Of a DNA stretch of 64,000 nt, positions 42,145-55,359 are shown piece after piece (the stretch's first letter is position 1; each line of letters opens with the position of its first letter). A program made the position numbers and the translations under genes. The stretch comes from Leucoraja ocellata (Eukaryota), in NCBI GenBank assembly GCA_036785375.1, contig JAWMAR010000013.1:9486001-9550000 (forward strand), given 5' to 3'. A model generated the notes under the pieces. It saw nothing but the letters and a program-made list of their open reading frames with translations. It was not told the DNA's origin and ran no database searches.

Positions 42145-43188
42145 ATATTTTTATACATTTTGGTTTCACCATGCAGAAATTACAGCAGTATTTATACATT
42201 CATTATGCTACTACCATCAGCAGTTGTATCATCAATGAATGGGCCAGTACCTTCAACAGCCATACTTGCCAGGCCATAACACCCTCACCACCATGTTTCA
42301 TAGATGAGGTGGCATACTTTGGATCTTGGACAGTTTCTTCTCTCCTCCATACTTTGCTCTTGCCATCACTCTTATATATTAATCGTCGTCTCATCTGACC
42401 ATTTTCCAGAATTGTGGTTACTCTTTTAAGTACTTCTTGGCAAACTGTAACGTGGCCATCTTTTTCTTGCAGTTAACCAGTGGTTTGCATCTTGTAGTGT
42501 AGTCTCTGTATTTTTGTTCATGAAGTCTTCTGCGGACAATGGTCATTGACAAATCCACGCCTGACTCCTGAAGAGTGTTTCTGATCCGTCGGACAGGTGT
42601 TTGGGGATTTTTCTTTCTAATAGAGAGAATTCTTATGTATTCAGCTGTGGAGGTCTTCCTTGGCCTGCCAGTCCCTTTGCGATTAGTAAGCTCAGCAGTG
42701 CTCTCTTTCTTCTTAATGATGTTCCCAACAGTTGATTTTGGTAAGCTTAAGGTTTGGCTGATGTCTCTGACAGTTTTATTCTTGTTTCTCAGTCTCATAA
42801 TGGCTTATTTGACTTTCATTGGCACAACTTTAGTCCTCATGTTGATAAGCAGCAATAAAAGTTTCCAAAGGTGATGGAAAGACTGGAGGAAATACTAGGT
42901 GCTGAGAGCTCTCTTATACCTGCATTAAGGAGGCATTTAAATACACCTGAGCAATTACAAATGCCTGTGAAACCATGTGTCCCAAACCTTATGATGCCCT
43001 GAAATGGGGGGACTATGTATAAACACAGTTGTAATTTCTACATGGTGAAACCAAAATGTATAAAAATACCCTGTAATAAAATCTGACAATGTGCACTTTA
43101 ACCACATGTGATTTTTTTCTATTACAAATCTCAAATAGTGGAATACAGAGGCAAATAAATAAATGATGGGTCTTTATGGAGGGTACTG
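42145..43188 (-). mobile_element. Decayed Tc1-family DNA transposon
   Basis: Transposase remnants: paired-like HTH...GRPRKT (42418-42798) and VWRR...KHGGEGVMAW (42203-42394); right end reads CAGTACCCTCC on the minus strand beside TA; partial inverted repeat 42146-42199 versus ~43015-43068. Confidence 0.88.
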
Positions 43189-46100
43189 TAGTTGGGAAAG
43201 TAACTGGCAAATTCTCCAAGTAAAAGCTCTTGTAATCATCTAAGCAGTTAGGTGGCCATATCTCTGTAAATTTATTTTGTTTTCTGTTCCTATGATTGTA
43301 AATTTAGAGTATTGCAATGCCAAATCAGACTAAAATTTCATACCTAAAAATTAAAAATCGTAATGTTACCATATTTCCATATTTACATATACAATAAAGT
43401 AAGTTAGTTACTGCAATAGGATCCCATTTAAAGCCCGTAATTCCAGTTAAAACTCACATTAATAGCACAAGCAAACAGCTAATTCTTTAATTTTGACAGC
43501 ATCAAAAACCTGCAAGATATTTACAGTAATTTGTTATGTAGGCTCTGACAATTATTATTCCATATTCTAATCAGTAAGCTGTCTGTGGAAATTTGGCTCG
43601 TATCTACTTTGATAGTCTAAAATTGTACACCATTGATGCCAAAGTCTGATGAATGTTTTGAGGCAGAAATGGGCAGACATCGGTATAATATAACAATTAC
43701 CATGGGAGCAATAGTAAAAACATGACCTGTTACAGGCAAACTGATAGGGTTTCCTCCATCCTGACAGTTTATTGATTGTTTGATTTCCACTTATCATATT
43801 CTTCCAGACAAATTCAACCTGGATTTTAAAAGTCTGAGTTTTCTTTTGTTTCAAAATATTTGAAGAGTCCTCATGGTGTGTGGTTGGTGTTCCAGCAGTT
43901 TTCTCTGTAGTTATGAGGCAAAAAAAATCAGATGATTGTCCTCCCTTTCATTGCTCCAATTAAACCTTGCTTGTTAGTTAACCTCAAGGTAAGCTCATCA
44001 AACAACTGATGTCAAGGAAACACTGCCCACAGTGGTTTGTATGAGTGGTCATTAATTTTAATTGCCTTGATATTAAAGATTAAGAAGCACAGCGACTGGA
44101 GTGCTACAAAGGATCTGGCGGTGTGCAAAGTCCCTCCTCATATTTTAGATTGTGCTAAAGATATAAAATTTTAGTGCACAGTCTGGAATTTATTGCACAT
44201 TGTGAATGGTTGCTGTTTCTTTTTTATCATTGTGCATCTGTGACTGTTTGCACAATATAGATACTTTAGTTATAAATAGTCGATTACTGTTAATATGATT
44301 ACCACAATAATTATGATAGATTTATGGCAGAATGGCTATGCTCTTATAGATTGTATAGAATGTTTCCGGGTAATTATCTGTTGACTGCCTGGTAGCTTGT
44401 GATATGGCGTCAAAGGTAAATAGCATCACATTCATTCTATCTTGGTTATATTGTGTTTTTTTTACTTGCCGGTTTTAAAATGGATCTGCAATAATCATTT
44501 GAAAATAGAATGGAGCACAACTCTGGCGGTATATGTTCTCAAGAGCTCCGATAATTCCACCTACCTCTGTGCTTCTATTTTGAATCATGTTGTTATGGAA
44601 TGTCTCCATTGCGAAGGAGAAACAGAGAAAAATCAGAGAGAGTTATTTTCTGATTAGTCTTGCGAGACTTCTAGTTTTTGGTTCTGTGAGGCTTTATTTT
44701 GGGTCGAAACGTAAGCTTTGCCGTAAGCGACCAAAAAGAATGGAGAGGTAAGGGAGGAGAAATTGAAAAAATACAGAGACAAAGAAATGACAAAAAAGAA
44801 CATCACATTACAATGGCTGTTCGCTCTGATTGCAAAATTATCTGCATTTAAAATTTAATCTGTACATTGCACAAACTGATAAAATACTGGGCCAAACATT
44901 GGAACTGTAACTATTTTTCTTTCTGTGAATATTATTAAGTAATTTTTCCAAATCAGCAAAAGATCATTTCAAATTCCCTCACTACATGAAAGAAATATAA
45001 ACAGCATAACGTTTAAGCCCTAATTAGAATTTGGCATAAGGTGTATACCCAGAACCCTATTGGGAAAATAGCGCTTAAAAAAAAAAAAATTAACGTTTAA
45101 AAATAGTTTGATTTGTGTGATTTCCTTAAGCTCGGCTCTGAATTTGAGAAATTACTGAATCCATGGTGAATGTGGCTGCCATGAAGCTGGTAATCTTTCT
45201 ACATTTGTGCGCTGTTTCTTTGTGCACTCTTTTCATTCAGACATTCTATTTAAAACGCAGAAATTAACGACCGTATTAAAATAAAATTTTAGGTGAACTC
45301 ATCCATATGCAGATTACCAGTGAAAAATAAACCTGCTTGTCATGCTTGCATTACAAAGGATTTTAATATATTTTTTCAATGTCATTTACACATCTATAAC
45401 CTTTAACTCAAGCCATGAGATAGAAATCTAACACCATAAAGACAATTTACCCCCCTGTTCTTCCCATAGGTCAGCGGCTCACTTTCAGTAATGATTGCAG
45501 AAATATTCCATTAACAACTGTAGTAAGATAAAATATTTTACACCAAGTAGAGAAAATACCATTGAGGAGATTAACCAGCGTGTGAGTGCACATTAAGGTC
45601 TATAATCTATCTCAGGAGTTTACATGAAGTTTCTCAATCATTCAGACTTAGTTCGAGCAGTTTATAACATCATCTCATCTGACTGCGTTACTGCCCTCTG
45701 ATTCTTTCACCGGTACTTGCAGTTAAACTGTGTTTTGTAAAGTGCGGTGAATAATATTTAACGTCCACTGCATTCGTTCAGAACACACTGCAAATGTAAT
45801 TGCTCTCTAGCCATGTTTTGGCCTTTGAAAATAATAATGCAGCATCATCCCAGTTTTGCCCCCTTTGGCCAAAGTACAAATGATTACTAACCAATTTATA
45901 AGGATCCCTGCGCAGGTTAATGGACACAGATTAGCCCAGGCAACAGAGATCCTGATCTTACTGTGTTCAAAGGGAGAATGCAGAACACTGGTTCATTTAT
46001 TATTGATTTACATCCCTCTATTCATATTCATCTAACTGAACATGATTTAAATTGTAGCACTGCCAGGTTGTTCCAGACCAGAAACAAAGAACAATGGCAT

Positions 46101-46520
46101 TTCCAGGCCTTCTCATCTTACCACTTCTCAAAGAAAAGAATGCACTTTTTATTCAGCGCAGTAACAATTTTTGATTGGCAGCTGGTATTTAATGCACCAA
46201 CAATTACTTCTTTATTATTAATGTTTTGCCGTGTTTTTTTTTCCTTCCCAATGTAATCACATCGGTAAACTTGAAGATGCATGTTGTGGTAGATGTTTAA
46301 ACCCTTGAGTATCTGTTCTGCCGAGAGACAGACAAATTCATGTCATGCTCCAATTCCTAATAACTTGCAACCTACCCTTGATTATTGCTTAATTAGTCGA
46401 GATACCCATTGGAAAAAGTTAGATATTGCAATTGCGATAGAGCCAGGCGTGATATGAATAGTAAGAATACCTGTGGGTACCCGGCACTGCTTTTCACACG
46501 TGGTTCTCTCCTTTCCTCAG

Positions 46521-46686
46521 GTATCAAACTGGTTTGGCAATAAACGAATCAGGTACAAGAAGAATATTGGAAAGTTTCAAGAAGAAGCCAACCTATACGC
46601 TGCAAAAACCGCTGTAAATGCTGCTCATGCTGTTGCAGCTGCCGTGCAAAACAGCCAGGCAAACTCTCCCACTACACCCACGTCCG
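46521..46686 (+). CDS. pbx3: PBX3 coding exon 6 (homeodomain helix 3 and C-terminal extension)
   Basis: Acceptor ctttcctcag|GTA and donor CCG|gtaagt; 166 nt; [55 protein letters not shown](G); [11 protein letters not shown] is PBX3-type. Confidence 0.97.
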
Positions 46687-47216
46687 GTAAGTGGAAAGGT
46701 TCCATGACACTGTCCAACATTTAGCTCTTTTTGGTTTGCCATAAGGCAGCATAATGTTATCAGAACAAGTGCTTCTTTAAGAAATGGACTCTGAAAATTG
46801 CAATACAGTTTATGCAAAAATCAACCATATTGTAAGCCCCAGCTGTAGAGATATAAATTAAACCACTTTGCTGTCATTCTGAAAGCAAGAATTTGCCATT
46901 TCCCAATAAGGTAAGTTCCTGACGTCTCCTTCGTGTGTCTCGAACTAAAGCCAACAACTGCACTTCAGAATTCACCGCTTTGGGCTTTGCAGGTCATTAC
47001 TTGACAGAATAGAGATCTTTTTAAAAAGAATCGCCTCATTCTATAAGAATCTGGACAATTTTCTTAATGCTTTTCATGTGATGGAAAGGCTGCTGTTTCT
47101 TTTCTGTCTTGTTTCTTTTTATTTCTGTTTCTCTCTTGTGTGCTCTTTCTTTTGAGAACTTTGGGGAGAGATTTAAAGCCCTCTGTGATTCAGGTGCCTG
47201 ACTCTTTCCTTTCCAG

Positions 47217-47329
47217 GTTCCTCTGGTTCTTTTAACCTACCAAATTCTGGGGACATGTTCATGAACATGCAGAATCTGAATGGGGATTCTTACCAAGGGG
47301 CCCAAGTCGGAGCCAATGTGCAATCACAG
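47217..47329 (+). CDS. pbx3: PBX3 coding exon 7 (113-nt cassette: included in the a isoform, skipped in the b isoform)
   Basis: Absent from the ORF track and read by hand: acceptor ctttcctttccag|GT, donor CAG|gtagga; (G)[37 protein letters not shown]. Confidence 0.95.
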
Positions 47330-48407
47330 GTAGGAAGAATGCCCAGTGCCAGGGCCTAGGAAGCAGGGTAGGGCCTAGACAGTAAAACTGCCTTACTCTG
47401 ACCTATAGCCCTGTAGATATTCTGTACCTAAAGTACAGATTAATTAAATTATCCATTCGCTGCTTTGATATTATCATTATTGTTTTGAGTCCGTTATTTG
47501 TGATGTTCCATGTCTGATATTTCAAACTATGTGAATGCAGTCGGCTCTGGCTTGAGCTATCCAGGGTGGGTGGAAAATTGGGGAATTTGGTGACTGGTGT
47601 AAGCTTCTGCCATATTCATTCACAACTTTCCTCTCATTATTTTCATGCCTTATGTTTTTTTAAATCCTGTTCCTTTCTTTCAAGATGAGAATTGTTCTTT
47701 GGGCCAGGTGACTTTTGTCCACTGAAATATCACACAGCTGGGAGAGGGTGGAGACCCACACTCTCTCTGAAATCAATAATTATTTGGAAAGTGTTGAGGT
47801 TTTCCCCCCTTCTTGTCCACTTAAATGGAGAGAAAGGCAGCATTCCAAATACAATATGACTTTTTTTTAAATAAGTTAAAATGCTACTGATGTGGTACTT
47901 AGGTAAATGACATGAGGTGAGTCCAGTACCAATATTTGAATAACATATTTATAGAAGTGGTTGGCTGTATTACAAGCAAACAGTGTAGTTTTTCACTGTT
48001 TGTCATCCTCAATGTAATCATTTCTGTAAAAAGTGTCAGTAAATGGCTGCAGTTCTTGTTAAGGGTGATCCATTAAATTGTTACTGACAGACAGCATGCT
48101 GACTGGCTGCAGACAGCCTTTGCCTGTAATTTATTTATTGGGTGCAAAGAAAATTCTAGAAACCCTATGGCAAGATTTGCAGAATTCAGTGTGGTATGTA
48201 AGCTTAGCCTGACGTCTTTCAAAAAACAAATCTTAACACACTGGGTGCCAGCTTAAAAAAAATTAAAAACAAAATGATAAATCTTACCAAAATGCAAGCA
48301 GGATGGCAAGTTTACGCATCTCAGACTCCTCTATCATTCCCTGTAAGCAGAGGACAGCTCTTTCACATCAGGTCTGACATGTCCCTTTCTGTTTGTTTTT
48401 GCTTCAG

Positions 48408-48497
48408 GTGGATTCCCTGCGTCATGTTATCAATCAGACGGGCGGATACAGTGATGGTCTTGGAGGGAATTCACTGTACAGTCCACACAGTTTGAGC
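48408..48497 (+). CDS. pbx3: PBX3 coding exon 8 (read in two frames by the a and b isoforms)
   Basis: Acceptor gcttcag|GTG and donor AGC|gtaagg; 90 nt; a-frame [30 protein letters not shown]; b-frame (G)[14 protein letters not shown] with TGA at 48452-48454. Confidence 0.95.
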
Positions 48498-50149
48498 GTA
48501 AGGAACACTTTTATTTCTGTGTCCATAGAAGAAAAAGAAAAACTAAAGCCTTGCCAGTGTAAGCCATTATAGTTTCTTAATTCAGCTTTTGATGGCAGAG
48601 AGGGTTACATTATCCAGAGAGAACAAAGCACCATACGTTCCTTAAAGGAATGCTTATGTAAAGAATTTATAGTTATGTAAGAAAATTAGTTCTTTTTAAA
48701 ACTAGCAATGCACTGTTGATAAAATAAAGGTAAAGATGGAAATCTTTTGTCCTATTACATTAAATCCAATGTAAAATACTTCACTGTGTTGGATATATCA
48801 TTGCCAAAATACTGTGGTTGGAAGATGGAATGTAAAATTGTCCTTGCCTGCAGCATTTTGAAGTCATGAATTCCATCTTCGTTGATGAGGCTTGATAAGG
48901 TGTCATATGATAGTGTAGTGCATTATACCACTCTGGTATGGTATGGACGTTGAGATTTTTTATTATTTTTTAAACGGAGGGATATAGTTTGACAGCTGTC
49001 CCTGCAGGACCCTATTAATATATACAACATCATCTCTCCAAAATTAGATTACATTTGGATTACATTTACACAGCAAGGATCATAACATAAGCATACTTAA
49101 CTAATCTCCAAAATTTGGATAACAATGACTAAATTATTCTTTTATCATTGTCCTCACGATTAATTGTGTTGCCTTCGTGGTGTTATAGGAAACTATTATT
49201 TTCTAAATATAGACACTCTAGAGGCAATACAGTATATTTGCCAATAAGCCTACGGATCTGGCAAAATCCAAAGGTGCAGGTTGAACTGTACATGTTTAAT
49301 TTGGAAATACTGATGTAAAGGATATTTCCCAAGAGGAAAATATAACCACACGTTAATATACACAATGTCTACATGGATGGGTAAAAGATTGCAACCCACT
49401 TCATACATTGATGAATAAAAATATATATATTGACAGCATGCATGACTGGTGTAGGTTATACTTTTATAATAATGCAGACGGATTGCTTTGGAAATTAGCC
49501 ACATTGTAAATAAACCGTTATTAGCATACGCTAACCTTTTTTTGCTGCTGATGTTTGGCGATGGGAGGCTCGAGCAAAGGCTAGTCTTCGCCGCAAGCAC
49601 TCAAAGTCAATGTGGCTCACATTGGCCCCTACAGAAAGGGCTGCCCCGTCACTTCCACTCAATGTTCCTCAACTCACGAGGCCTGCACCTTCCCTCTTCC
49701 TGACTGACATAAAAATATGTAGCGACAAGCTGTCTGCCACAGCAGAAATTTGATCAGACATTGATTTCAGCAATTGCCTCTACAGGCCAAGACATCAGGA
49801 GAACTCATTTCCCGTATCTCTCATTCCTGATGCAAATGCAAAGAATACCAGTGGTTTATGTAGGAATTCGGTGGTGTCATCAAGTTCAAAATTCATGTTT
49901 AATTTACTGTTAACGAGACCAACAAAGCAGTCTCCTGCACCAGGACAAGAGATGTCCATCTTCTTCTGCTTACTCCTGCTGCTGGTAAACTGAATGTGTA
50001 CACTTTGAAATGAGGGCTTGAAGCAAAGTGAATAATATTTGTCAACAGTAATTGGCACCCTGTATGTGCCAACTTACATTGTAACTTGTTGGTTGAGCAG
50101 TGAACAGTCAATAAAAATAGGAAGGTGCGTTTCAAATTGTATGATTAAA

Positions 50150-50382
50150 AGGCACAGTGGCACAGCGGTAGAGTTGCTGCCTCACAGTGCTAGGGAGACC
50201 TGGGTTTGATCCTGACCTCGGGTGCTATCTGCGTGGAGTTTGTACGTTCTCCCTGGAACTGCATGAGATTTCACCAGGTGGTCCGGGTTCCTCCCACATC
50301 CCAAAGACAAGGTTAATTGACTTCTGCAAATTGTCCCTAGTGTGCAGGATAGAACTAGTCTTGGGCTGAAGGGCCTGTCCAC
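50150..50382 (+). mobile_element. HE1-like SINE
   Basis: ggcacagtggcacagcggtagagttgctgcctcacag head, B-box-like ggtttgatcc, V-domain. Confidence 0.85.
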
Positions 50383-53188
50383 ACGTGAAACAAATTCACC
50401 GCCCCATTCCAAATGAAACCATGTAACATGCCTCTTAGCTGCAGGAGTTTTGTGAGATGGCACCTTGCATTCCCACCAAACCATGACCTCTTCTGTTGCA
50501 AACATGCCATAATATTGCTTCCTTCCTTATTTCTGGCCCTCCATCTTGCTCTGCCTGGAGATCGGCTTTTAAATTATGTAAACTACAATATATTTGGGAT
50601 TTAGAATTATCTTTTTTTTTTGTTTTGAAGGAAGTAAATCTTCACCCACATTCAAAACTCTCAAAGAGTCTGTTGGGTTGTTTATTTGGTTTTAATTACG
50701 ACGCTAGATTTTTGAACGGTGATTGATTGTGCATTGTTGGAGTAACAAGGCACCTCGTGAAGGCTGTAATTTCAGTTGCAGCAATGGGTTTGTGGCATTT
50801 GACCAGGAGCTTGCTCACAGCTCAAAGGACTGAATCCAGTCGGTAGAGATTTAGATTTGTAGCTTCTGTTTGCCAAGAAAAACATTCAGTTATCGGGTGT
50901 TCACTAAGCGGAGTGGAATGGATCATCAATTTGTGCAAAGCAGATTAGCTTGGTTTCATTTGCAAGAGGCTGCTTTCAATATTTGCCTTGTTTCTGCCAG
51001 CTCCCCTCATGTCAGCAGAAATCATTCCCTGTTTGATGCCATGTAGGATCGGTTTGATCTGATCGAGCCTGCAGGAGTTAAATCTAGAGCCGTGCCTGGA
51101 TTAATGATTCACAATCTTGGGGGAAATTTTATTTTAAAAACAGGGCATTCTGAGTAGTGTTCTTTCTTAAATCTAAATAATGTTGTCTGCACAGAATGTG
51201 AGCGCTTTTCAGGAGATTGAGTCTGACAGCAGTTATAATCAGTGCTTGAATTTAATACTGGCTGCCCAGCAGATTGCTCATGGATTTTTCAGTTTTGCTA
51301 GTCAGTATTCTAAACACTAGCAAGATTTTCCTAATGAGCTCCACAGAACAGTGCCTCAGCTTCCCAGGATTCACCTTTCATTTTGTCACCCCAATCATCC
51401 GGCTGGCTTTGATTCTGATCGCTTACGCTAGTGGAAGAAGAAATTTGCTAGTGACAGTCATAGCCACTAGCAACATTCGGCTGTCTCTAGCCCTGCAAGG
51501 TAGATCTCATTCTGTGTCTGTAATAAATTGTTCCTTCTTGTGACAAATTTGCATTATATACATTTTGTGTGTCTAGATTATGTGTAGTATGTTTTAAGGG
51601 GATCAAGAAAGAGACGGCGGAAAATGGAGAGAGAGTGTGGAAGAGAATTGAAAGATGCTCTTGGTAATTCTGAATTTGTGTGAGGCACCAGAGAAGTAAC
51701 TGATTGCAGGTTTGATGAATGTTCATACCCACTTAGTCAATAGGTAAAATCACTGTGGCCTCCTGACTGCAGGAGCTGCACAGAGAGTAGTGTGGACCAA
51801 GAGAAAATTAAAATGTAAGAAAAATGAGCATTCAATTTGAAATTGATGTGTTTCACCGATGGAATCCACGCTAATGGATACAGGCAGTGTGCCGCAGTTG
51901 TACCCAGAGCACCTCCACTGAACTCTTGCCTTGACAGCTAGTTCAACTCTTTCACCTCTGGCCACACCAGCCCAAACACAGTTGTTTCTTGAATTATTAT
52001 CTATGTGATATAATATATTTCTTCCACTCATGACGCTATGTTAATCTCATGTCACTCTTCCAGTGCTGCCTAATCATTGCGGCAGAGGGATCCAGGTTAG
52101 ATCACTCTGGTTTCCGTGTCAGTCCTATCAAATAACGCGACCCCGAGATTGAGAACTGTGGCCACAGAAATATGAAAAGGTGCATGCTGCTTGTTAGATC
52201 AGCTGTAGTATCACAGTGACCCGCTGTGCCCAGGAATCCACAGGATGAATTCCCAATAACTACAGAGCTAACGAGTGCCAGGAGTTTATAAGCTTGAGGC
52301 ACCCAAGAAGAAGCTGAATAAACAGAAGGTCCTGGGCATCGCCTGCTTGAAGTCGAAAGCAGGGCATTGCATAGGTGAAGACAAGGTGCACAATGAGGGA
52401 GTGGGGGGAGGGGTAGGCAAGTTGCTAGTGGAGGGTTTGAATAGACAGGGGGCCGTGGATCAGATGCTGAGTACAGGTGAAGCATTGGAGGATGAAGGAA
52501 GGTTTTTCCCAGATATGCCGTCACCAGAGTGTTTGGAGGATATCACCTAGCAGTGCTCTACTCGACCCTACTGGTACAGAATGCATCCTGGCATGAGGCA
52601 ATTAAAATAAGAAGCTAAAAATAGGGGAATTTAGTCAAACATTTAATTTAAAATTTGTATTTTATTTTCTCTCCTTTGCATTCACTTTGCGCTGTTCAGA
52701 GGAGGGCAGGCAGCCTAAGTTTGTGGCAAACCTTAAGCCAGCTGACTGACGCACAAGGTGACTTGCACCCCCCTCTCCTCCTTCCATTCTCGCCACTGTC
52801 ATAGTGCCAGGGATGAAGCTGGCACATGCCTACGCGCATGGGTCAGGGTAGGAGCTTCACCTCATGGCAATCTTTGCCTGCTGCTCCCTGAAAAAATGCT
52901 TCACCGTGCTATGGGTTTGCAGGAAATTACTTACAGTATTGATTGGGGATTACTAAAGTTCCGTTAAAATGCTTATTAAAAGATTTGCTTATGTTTTGCC
53001 ACCACTGAAAATTTTATCTGCATAAATCCAACTTGGAAGGTGATTCTTTCTCATTCAAAGTTACCTCGTTGGGGCAACCTTTGTCTTTAACATGATTTGA
53101 CAATATATTTTCAGTTTATTAAAGAAATGTTTGCTAATAAAGTTTTTTTAGATTTCAGCTTGTTCTAATGGTAGAGAATTTTCAGCTG

Positions 53189-53552
53189 TCATAGAGTCAT
53201 ACAGCGTGGAAACAGGACCTTCGGCCCAACTTGCTCACGCCGGCCAACATGTCCCAGCTACACTGGGACATGTTGGCTGTTTAGCCCATATCCCTCTAAA
53301 CGTGTCCTGTCCATGTACCTGTCTAACTGTTTCTTAAATGTTGGGATAGTCCCTGCCTCCTTCGGCAGCTAAAACTACCTCCTCCGGCAGCTCATTCCAC
53401 CACCCTTTGTGTGAAAACGTTATCCCTCCGATTACTATTAAATCTTTTCCCCTTCACCTTAAACCTATGTCCTCTGGTCCTCGATTGACGTACTCTGGGC
53501 AAGAGACTCTGTGAATCTACCTGGTCTATTCCTCTCATGATTTTATACACTC
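53189..53552 (-). mobile_element. CR1/HER1 3' fragment
   Basis: VYKIMRGIDQVDSQSLLPRVRQSRTRGHRFKVKG...FTQRVV; tail (TATGACTC)n. Confidence 0.88.
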
Positions 53553-53738
53553 CTAGATCATTGTTGCATTGACTCAAGATCATTGTTGCATTGTTTTATA
53601 CAGGTTTACATAACAATATGCATATTATCGTCTACTAATTTTTGTTATCCTAGTTGGATTTAAAAATGAAATTACAAAGAGAATGTGTTCTTGTACGTCA
53701 CACATTTTTACCTGCAGGACACTGTTTGTGTTTTCTAG

Positions 53739-53831
<93 letters not shown>

Positions 53832-54794
53832 TCTCCTAGCAACATCCATTCCCTGAGCCAATAGGCCTTGATTAGCACTGACCAGTAGGAGAAGAAAAGT
53901 GGATTTTCTGTAACCCAGTCACCTGCTGCTTTACTGTAAAACCCTGCTCTTTAGTGAAAACAAAATAAACTTACAATTCATATCATTGAAGAGGAACAGA
54001 TTGGTTCCCTTTGGATTTCTACATTTATTGTGTTAAGTTACAGCACAGTCTTGCCTTAGTCAGTTGTTGAGACAAAGAACTAAATAGATCCAGTGTTTTC
54101 AGACTTTAAAAAAATGGAACAAAAAAAGTTAATTTGTAATGGAAATTCACAAAGGGTGAAAGCATGGATTGAAGATTTATATGTGTAAGATGTTACTGTG
54201 AAGCATCTTGACCTTTTGAGGTATGAATGCATGTTTCAAATTGACTGCAATACACAAGAATGCTGGTGCCGAGGCAGACAGTCATAAATTAACTAAGTTA
54301 GCAAAGCTAAACTCTTGCTGCTGCTTAAAACTATTTTAGCAAGATATCTGGAATTGATAGCTTGCTTAGAACAACGAAGCGTTACATGATATCAGAATCT
54401 TGATCAAATTTCTTTTATTACAACTGTACAACTAGAATAAAGACTCATTTGGAAGGATTGGTTGAGCAGTTTTATTACCCGTGTATAAATAACCAGAGGG
54501 TTGCCAAGAACTGATATTGTTTTTTTTCTCAGACTTGTTATTACGGAGTGCTATTTACAATTGTTCCTTTTTTAACACACTAACTCAATGCCAGCCTTCG
54601 TAAGTCTTTGCTTCTAAATTTATGTGTCCTGAAGCCTGGGTTTTACAGTACGAGATGGGTGCAGCATTCATACTTTTTTCAGATTTGCTATTTCAACCTA
54701 TCTATGGCAGGAAATGGCACCGTTCACATGGAGTGTTGTAAATAATGTAGGTAAAGAGTATTTATACATCTCACCAATCAAGACACAGCTTTAT

Positions 54795-54868
54795 TACCTC
54801 ATGCAAACTCATATGAACCGATAGAATTTCAACATGTTCTGTAGCTTAGAGTGCTCACTTACTACCTC
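54795..54868 (+). promoter_or_regulatory. Pair of let-7 seed matches
   Basis: TACCTCA 54795-54801 (7mer-A1) and CTACCTC 54862-54868 (7mer-m8). Confidence 0.65.
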
Positions 54869-55064
54869 TGAACAATATTCACACAGTAGTTTGTCTGTCT
54901 TACTTTTTTTTTGCATCTTGTAATTAACTTTTGATTTCCTTTCATGTAATCTAATGTACATTGTATCTTTTAAGAAATCAGGGTTGCTCTAGCAACTGCT
55001 TTTAAAAGGATAATCCTAAAGTGAAAAGTTTGGTTATCATCTTAAATACAAACAGTACAACTGT

Positions 55065-55162
55065 TGTAAATACTGAAGATCATTTTGAATGTTGGTCATG
55101 TCATTACTAAACCACGCAAAAAAAAGTTGTAATGCATACAAAATTCAGTATTCAGTACTGTA
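55065..55162 (+). promoter_or_regulatory. Cluster of Pumilio, miR-181, miR-200bc/429 and miR-101/144 sites
   Basis: TGTAAATA 55065-55072; TGAATGT 55086-55092; CAGTATT 55146-55152; GTACTGTA 55155-55162; a second TGTAAATA at 54737-54744. Confidence 0.55.
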
Positions 55163-55359
55163 TATTTCACCCTGTGTAACGGGGCCCCCCTCCTTTCTCC
55201 CTTTTTTGTATTGTATGCAATTCTGAAACTGATTTGAGTCATGGAAATAATTTGTGGCAGTGATATAATGTATTAAAACGTTTCGTGTTACTTTCTGACT
55301 GGACTACACCCTGGATTGAGAAGTCTTCCTTGTGGTAGTTAAATGTAGTTGAAATCTTA

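Noticed and set aside
52102-52550. ORFs of 140 aa (minus) and 91 aa (plus) in intron 8
   Set aside because: No recognisable homology or convincing splice signals; possibly an old repeat that cannot be assigned by eye.
53715-53738. Alternative acceptor 21 nt upstream of exon 9 (would add DTVCVF*)
   Set aside because: Plausible AG but no supporting evidence; the downstream AG yields the conserved C-terminus.
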